Below the pieces are notes generated by a model. That model searched no databases and was not told the origin of the DNA. It worked only from the letters and a program-made list of their open reading frames with translations. The position numbers and the translations under genes are program-made. This document shows, one piece after another, positions 58,951 to 64,000 of a DNA stretch of 64,000 nucleotides. Origin of the DNA: Fimbriosthenelais zetlandica. Its lineage: Eukaryota. Position 1 is the stretch's first letter. The number at the start of each line of letters is the position of its first letter. Location of the stretch: the NCBI GenBank assembly GCA_977030845.1, contig OZ365113.1:29512001-29576000 (forward strand), given 5' to 3'.

Positions 58951-61900
58951 TTAGCTGGCAACAATATCCTCAGGGATTTCGTCTTCAGCTAGCTTGGATT
59001 GTTCCTCTAAGAAGAGAAGTTGATCGACCATAAAGCAGTCGTTGGCATTAGGTACGATCTGTCCCAGGTCATGCATGATACGACCCTCGTCCACTTGGTT
59101 ACTGTCCTTCTCCTCGCCAAACCGGGCCTTCTTGAGGTAATCATAGGCCGCCTCAAACTCCTGCTTGCCTAACTTCTTCTCACATTCACTGAACATAAAG
59201 TTAAGGAATGGCTGAAGGGAAAGGCGGCTGCCGTCTTTTTCATAACTAATGGGCATAATGTGGAACAAAGAAAATTTCATGAAAAGGAGAAAAGAACAAT
59301 TCAGGGGAGTCCGTCTTACTATTGTAGATTTGTGTAAGGATACAGTCTGAGGTTGCGAATCTTGATCTCCCTCGCCCCAGGTCCAAAGGCACCAATGAGG
59401 GTGTCATCATTCACCGTTTGGTTCTTGACTGGAAACGAGAAAAAAATTGTGAGCTATATATCTGAGCATAATTATTGTACTCTCAATACTTGTACCTCAA
59501 TATACATGTATAAAAGGCCTATATAAAGGCCATATAGGCTAACTGAAAGATAAGAGTAAAAAGTTCACTTACTAGTATCTGATCTATCAAGAGCGTTCTG
59601 CATACAGTTGATGAGGTCTCCTACCTCGTTCTCTTCTTCCTCCACCTTACGGGCTACTGTCTGAAGAAGGGTGCCCTCCCCTTCATCCGATTCCTCCCCC
59701 TCTTCCCCATCTTCTTCCCCTGAGGAGACATCCTCAAATTCATGATCAAACTGGGAGTAGTACGTGATCGCAAGTTCATCCTCGTCTGGTATTCCTAAAT
59801 AATAAATTTATACATTAATAAATTAATATCAAAATTTCCTTCAATATGGAAAAGCAACATTTTTCATTAATAAATTAAACTAATAGAGGTTTTACTGCCT
59901 ATAAAACAATTAACAAATACTTGCTCGCTATCAACAAGGGAAAATAGGAAACATAGTCAAATTTGGATTAGTTGGTAAGTAGCAAATTCCAGAAATTCTT
60001 AAACAAAACTAACAAAACAGATATATGTGCATGTATAAGGCATAGCTTAAAAATTAAGTTAAGAAATAATAAAACTTAAACACTGAGGGTATCTATATTC
60101 TGTTTTACAGTACAATTTTGTGTGAATGTGTTGTAAAATTGATCAAGAAGGTTAAATGCTTTTTACCGTCCTTGAAATCTAAAGTGGAGTGTTTAACATC
60201 ATAAATCATGGTGTTTTTCATGGGAGTGATGGGTCTATCGTCGTTAGATATGGTGATAAAATGACGGGGCTGAGGCGGGGCCAGGCCCGGGTCGTCCTCA
60301 CGACCATAGCCGTGCTGAAAATCGTCAGGTACTGTCTGTAAATCATCCCCATAGGCATAGTCAACTTCCTCCTCCTCATCCTCATCCTCATCATCCACCA
60401 ACTCCTCCACTATACGTGGTTTAACTGAGGGAAAATAGAGGTAATTTATGTTTAATTTTTGCCTAATGCTTGGTTTCCTCAAGGCATTATTCGGGGTCCC
60501 CAAAGAAGAGCTATTATAGAGGCCTATTCTCTTTTATAGTGCTACTACACTGACGTATCACATCGCAGGCACATTGACATGATACCTCACCCAGTCACAT
60601 TATCCTGACACCAGGCCGACCAGCCCTAGCGCTGTCCTCTTATTGCTGAGTGCAAGCAAGGGAGCAATTAGTACCAATTTTTACTTTGTTTTGACCCGGC
60701 CGCGGTTCCACATAGGGGCAGACACTATAACCTCTACACCACGGTTGTGGTCTTATGTTTGAGTTTGGGACTGTCTCACTAAGATAGTAAAGTTATAATT
60801 GATCTAATGTTAGATAATTCCAAAAATAAATAGGAAACTTAACATTATATTAAGCAAATCCACCAAAAGCACCTCAAATTCTCAAAACATATTGTTAAGA
60901 TAACATGAAGTAGATTTATTTATTATTTACCTGGAGAAGTGAAAGGTTTCCGTCCCAGATCGGTCGGCTCAGGTTCATGCCTTTCCAACTGAGGAATAAG
61001 AACAAAAAGTCAAATGAAAATTGGAATAGGTAGTTCGGATATCCATACTATATCGTTTCAATGATACAAGGCTAATGCCCTCCTCTCCAAACAATGCTAC
61101 CATGCGAATTAATACAATAACAAAAATAGTAAACTTCTGTTCTCAACACACACTCAAAATATTATATAATTTATTTTTATGCTTTATTTTTTAGGTAAAA
61201 TCAAATTTCACTCACTTGTGATTCAAATGGATTGTTGACTTGTCGAATGCGCTCATATTTCTTGGTGTTTTGAAGAAGTTGCTTTTGTGTAACAGCTCTG
61301 AAAAATTTAAATTTTGAACGTAAATGATTTAGACCCCCTACTATAATAGTACTAGTATGTACTGCAAGTTTATTATGAGGAAACATCCAAAGACTGAGGC
61401 GCCCTCATATGCAGATTAAAAAAAGGCGATTTGCTGTACACTTTGCGACAATAAAGTCGGCAAAATCGCCATTTAAACTTGTTAAACTAAAGCATCGAAA
61501 AAATCGTCAGTAGTACCTGAGCCTACGGGCTTCCTCGTCTGCTTTCTGTTGCTTTCTCAGCCTCATTCTCTCTCGTGGTGACATATTTCTCCACTTCGCC
61601 TCCTCTGATTCTTTACGCAGCTGTCCTATGTTGGACATTTGCTTCCTGGGAAATTTAAAATTTTAAAACATATAGGCCTACATTTGGGACAAACTTAAAA
61701 CACTGTCACAAAACTTGAGGATAATATCAGAATATCTGGGGGCCTTAATATTTTGGATTAATATTGACACAGGTGCGCCCTTTTCGGACATTCAAGTCTA
61801 CACAAAAATTGTTTGATTACATGTTTTAAACTCACATGGCAACGGCTATCTCTTGAGATTCCCTGTTGATATTGTCTTTCTGTTCCTTGGCATAATGCTT

Positions 61901-63771
61901 GTCTATCATAGTGTTTTTCAAAAGCTTGGGGGGAAAAATCGAGAGGAAAGTATATTAGATTTTTAATATATAGAAGAGGAATGTCAAGGTGTCAAAGCTA
62001 GCCATGACTCATAGTACAAATAAAGTTATCAACAGTGAACTACATAAAATTTGCTTTTAAAAATATGAAGCTATTGTAAAACTTGTAATTGAAGTTTACC
62101 TCCATTTGTTTTTCAATGAACGGCAATTTGAGGAGCTCTGAAGCAGAGAGTCGTTTGGCAGGATCTTTTTCTAGTATACTGAAAAATCGCAGAATTTTAA
62201 GATCTCGAACACAGAAAAAAATGTTTGCCTTTACCTTAAAATTAAAATGTAATATTATACTAGTATGAGCTGGTATTCACAAACAACATAAATTCTGACT
62301 AAAAATATATATTTAAATCATGAGGGTATAATGGGAATGTATAAACTTTACTTACGTTTGAAAGACCCCATGTAAATCTTGTGAATATTCTTCTGGCCAG
62401 CTGGGTAGACTACCCTCCACTATTTTATACATAACTCCCATCAAACTCTGACCGTCAAACGCGTGCTTCAATGCCACCATTTCATACAGCATGCACCCTA
62501 AAGACCTGGACAAATATATTATAAATTATTAAATGGCTGATGATTTGTTGATCGATTAAAAACTGACCCCTAGTCGGGCCCCTAATGATTAGTTATAGTT
62601 TCGGGTATTACTTCTATATTTTCTTCACCAAACTGTCATGAAGTGAAAGTATCTATATCACTTTATGCTTATCACATCATGTTATATTTCACCATATTTT
62701 TCCTTTAAGTTAATATGAAAAAGAACACTGACCAGACATCTGATTTAGAGTTGTAGCCCTCGTGTTTGAGCACCTCTGGACTCATGTAGTAAGGCGTTCC
62801 TGTGAAGGTTGATGCCAAGTCTGTAGTACCCATCAAGATTCGCGATATACCGAAGTCTCCAATTTTTATCATGTTGTTACGTAAGAATATATTCCTACAA
62901 TGTAAAATGGGGAATTCATATATGGAGGGTAAGAGCCCCAGAAATGTTGTGAACTATAATTGTCCACCATGGGCCGGTATTTTAATTCACTAAAAACCGC
63001 ACGAACAAGTGTTAAGAAAGAGAGAAATAAACATAGACAGAGAGTGTTGGAAATTCAATTTGAGGGAGGAAAAGGGACGGAGAAAGGGACATATACACGT
63101 AAAATTGTTCCTTACCTAGATTTTAAATCCCTGTGCAAGACTTTCCTGCGGAAAAAAAGAAAGCCTAAGTCACATCTTGTCAATAAATCCACATTTTTAT
63201 AGGAACAGAAAACACTAGTATAATTTAGGATTTTAATAACAAAAACAAAACTTACAAAACAACCCAACATTATACTAGTGTTTTCTGCCACTTTAATTCA
63301 ATTATGAAATTTGAAATTGTAGCGGATATTTACGTACCTGCTGTGCATATATTGGACGGCCAGTATAAGTTGTATGAACCATTCTATAATGATACCCTCA
63401 GGTAAAATTGTCTTCTCCTTTTTACATTTCTGTATTCTGTCTCCAAGGTCACCTCCCTGATAAGAAAAAAATGTCGAAATTTACCATCTATTATATAAAA
63501 GTCAAACAAGCTGAGCCTGTAAAAATGTTAAACTCACTTCATTATTCATTTTGTTACTAATAAAATATGTAAAACCATAGACATAATGTCTATGGTAAAA
63601 CTTACCTCACAATACTCGGTGACTATACAGAAGAATTCTCCCTCTATAAAGCTATCATGGAAGCGGACGATACCAGGGTGGTCGAGATTACGTAATAAAT
63701 TAGCTTCATGTACGGCATCCAGCGTCTCATCTGGCTGAAGGTCGCCCGTGGCTATCTCCTTTAACACTTTC
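58951..63771 (-). CDS. NEK11: NIMA-related serine/threonine kinase Nek11, 5'-incomplete (first exon(s) beyond the window)
   Basis: 14 exons: 63606-63771, 63338-63456, 63116-63145, 62733-62894, 62356-62505, 62100-62178, 61836-61924, 61517-61645, 61216-61297, 60931-60988, 60167-60424, 59573-59794, 59344-59428, 58951-59188. Kinase motifs KVLKEI, HRDLKSRN, DFG, GTPYYMSPE; NEK11-type MSPRERMRLRK coil and C-terminal YDYLKKAR...DCFMVDQLLFLEEQ. Confidence 0.92.
59189..59343 (-). other. U12-type (minor spliceosome) GT-AG intron in NEK11
   Basis: 5' splice site GTATCCTT (plus 59336-59343); branch point TTCCTTAAC (plus 59200-59208) about 13 nt from the CAG; flanking exons join in frame. Confidence 0.85.
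60523..60752 (-). mobile_element. Near-full SINE copy (MetaSINE-like) in a NEK11 intron
   Basis: Shared core plus head with an internal deletion around the B-box. Confidence 0.8.
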
Positions 63772-63881
63772 CTAAATTAAAAAATTGAGTTTCAAATGGA
63801 AAAATATTAATTTGAAGGACAGGGGTCATCTAAGGTTAGCTGGTTATCTTTAGAAAATTGTAAAATCACCGAAAAGTCATT

Positions 63882-63962
63882 GGTTTGACCCGGCCGCGGT
63901 TTAAACCGGCGACCTTCCACACATGGGGAAGACACTCTAACCCCTACACCGCCGAAGTGGTC
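63882..63962 (-). mobile_element. SINE head fragment
   Basis: Minus strand CACTTCGGCGGTGTAGGGGTTAGAGTGTCTTCCCCATGTGTGGAAGGTCGCCGGTTTAAACCGCGGCCGGGTCAAACC. Confidence 0.7.
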
Positions 63963-64000
63963 TTTAATGACTTTTATGAAAGAATTCTTTGGTTTTGCAA

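Noticed and set aside
54613-62708. ~30-bp match TGTTATATTTCACCATA(A/T)TTTT(C)CCTTTAAG at about 54613 and about 62680
   Set aside because: Most likely fragments of a common dispersed repeat; no further structure.

Overview
AT-rich eukaryotic (invertebrate) genomic DNA; the MetaSINE-like family and frequent TACATGTA motifs suggest a bivalve or other lophotrochozoan, which is inference. I reconstructed five protein-coding genes with frame-consistent exons: an intronless 87-aa membrane microprotein (+), LRRC69 (-, 9 exons, 345 aa), DHX38/PRP16 (+, 22 exons, 1246 aa, head-to-head with LRRC69), an NRF-6/OACYL-like AT3 acyltransferase (+, 15 exons, 750 aa) and NEK11 (-, 5' end outside the window). 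There are five identical tRNA-Glu(UUC) genes in two tandem clusters, about nine copies or fragments of one tRNA-derived SINE, and a few MITEs and simple repeats. The first ~26 kb has no coding exon I can recognise. Notable observations: (1) at least six 25-47 bp CA...TG palindromes with 7-bp target-site duplications resembling GTANTAC, the geometry of P/Galileo-type transposon excision footprints; (2) a 3.3-kb higher-order repeat made of tRNA-Ala-like modules with UCA/UGA pseudo-anticodons; (3) loss of conserved His and Glu in the AT3 protein, a candidate pseudo-enzyme; (4) a U12-type intron in NEK11; (5) the 87-aa microprotein. All homology calls come from recalled family motifs; no database search was run.
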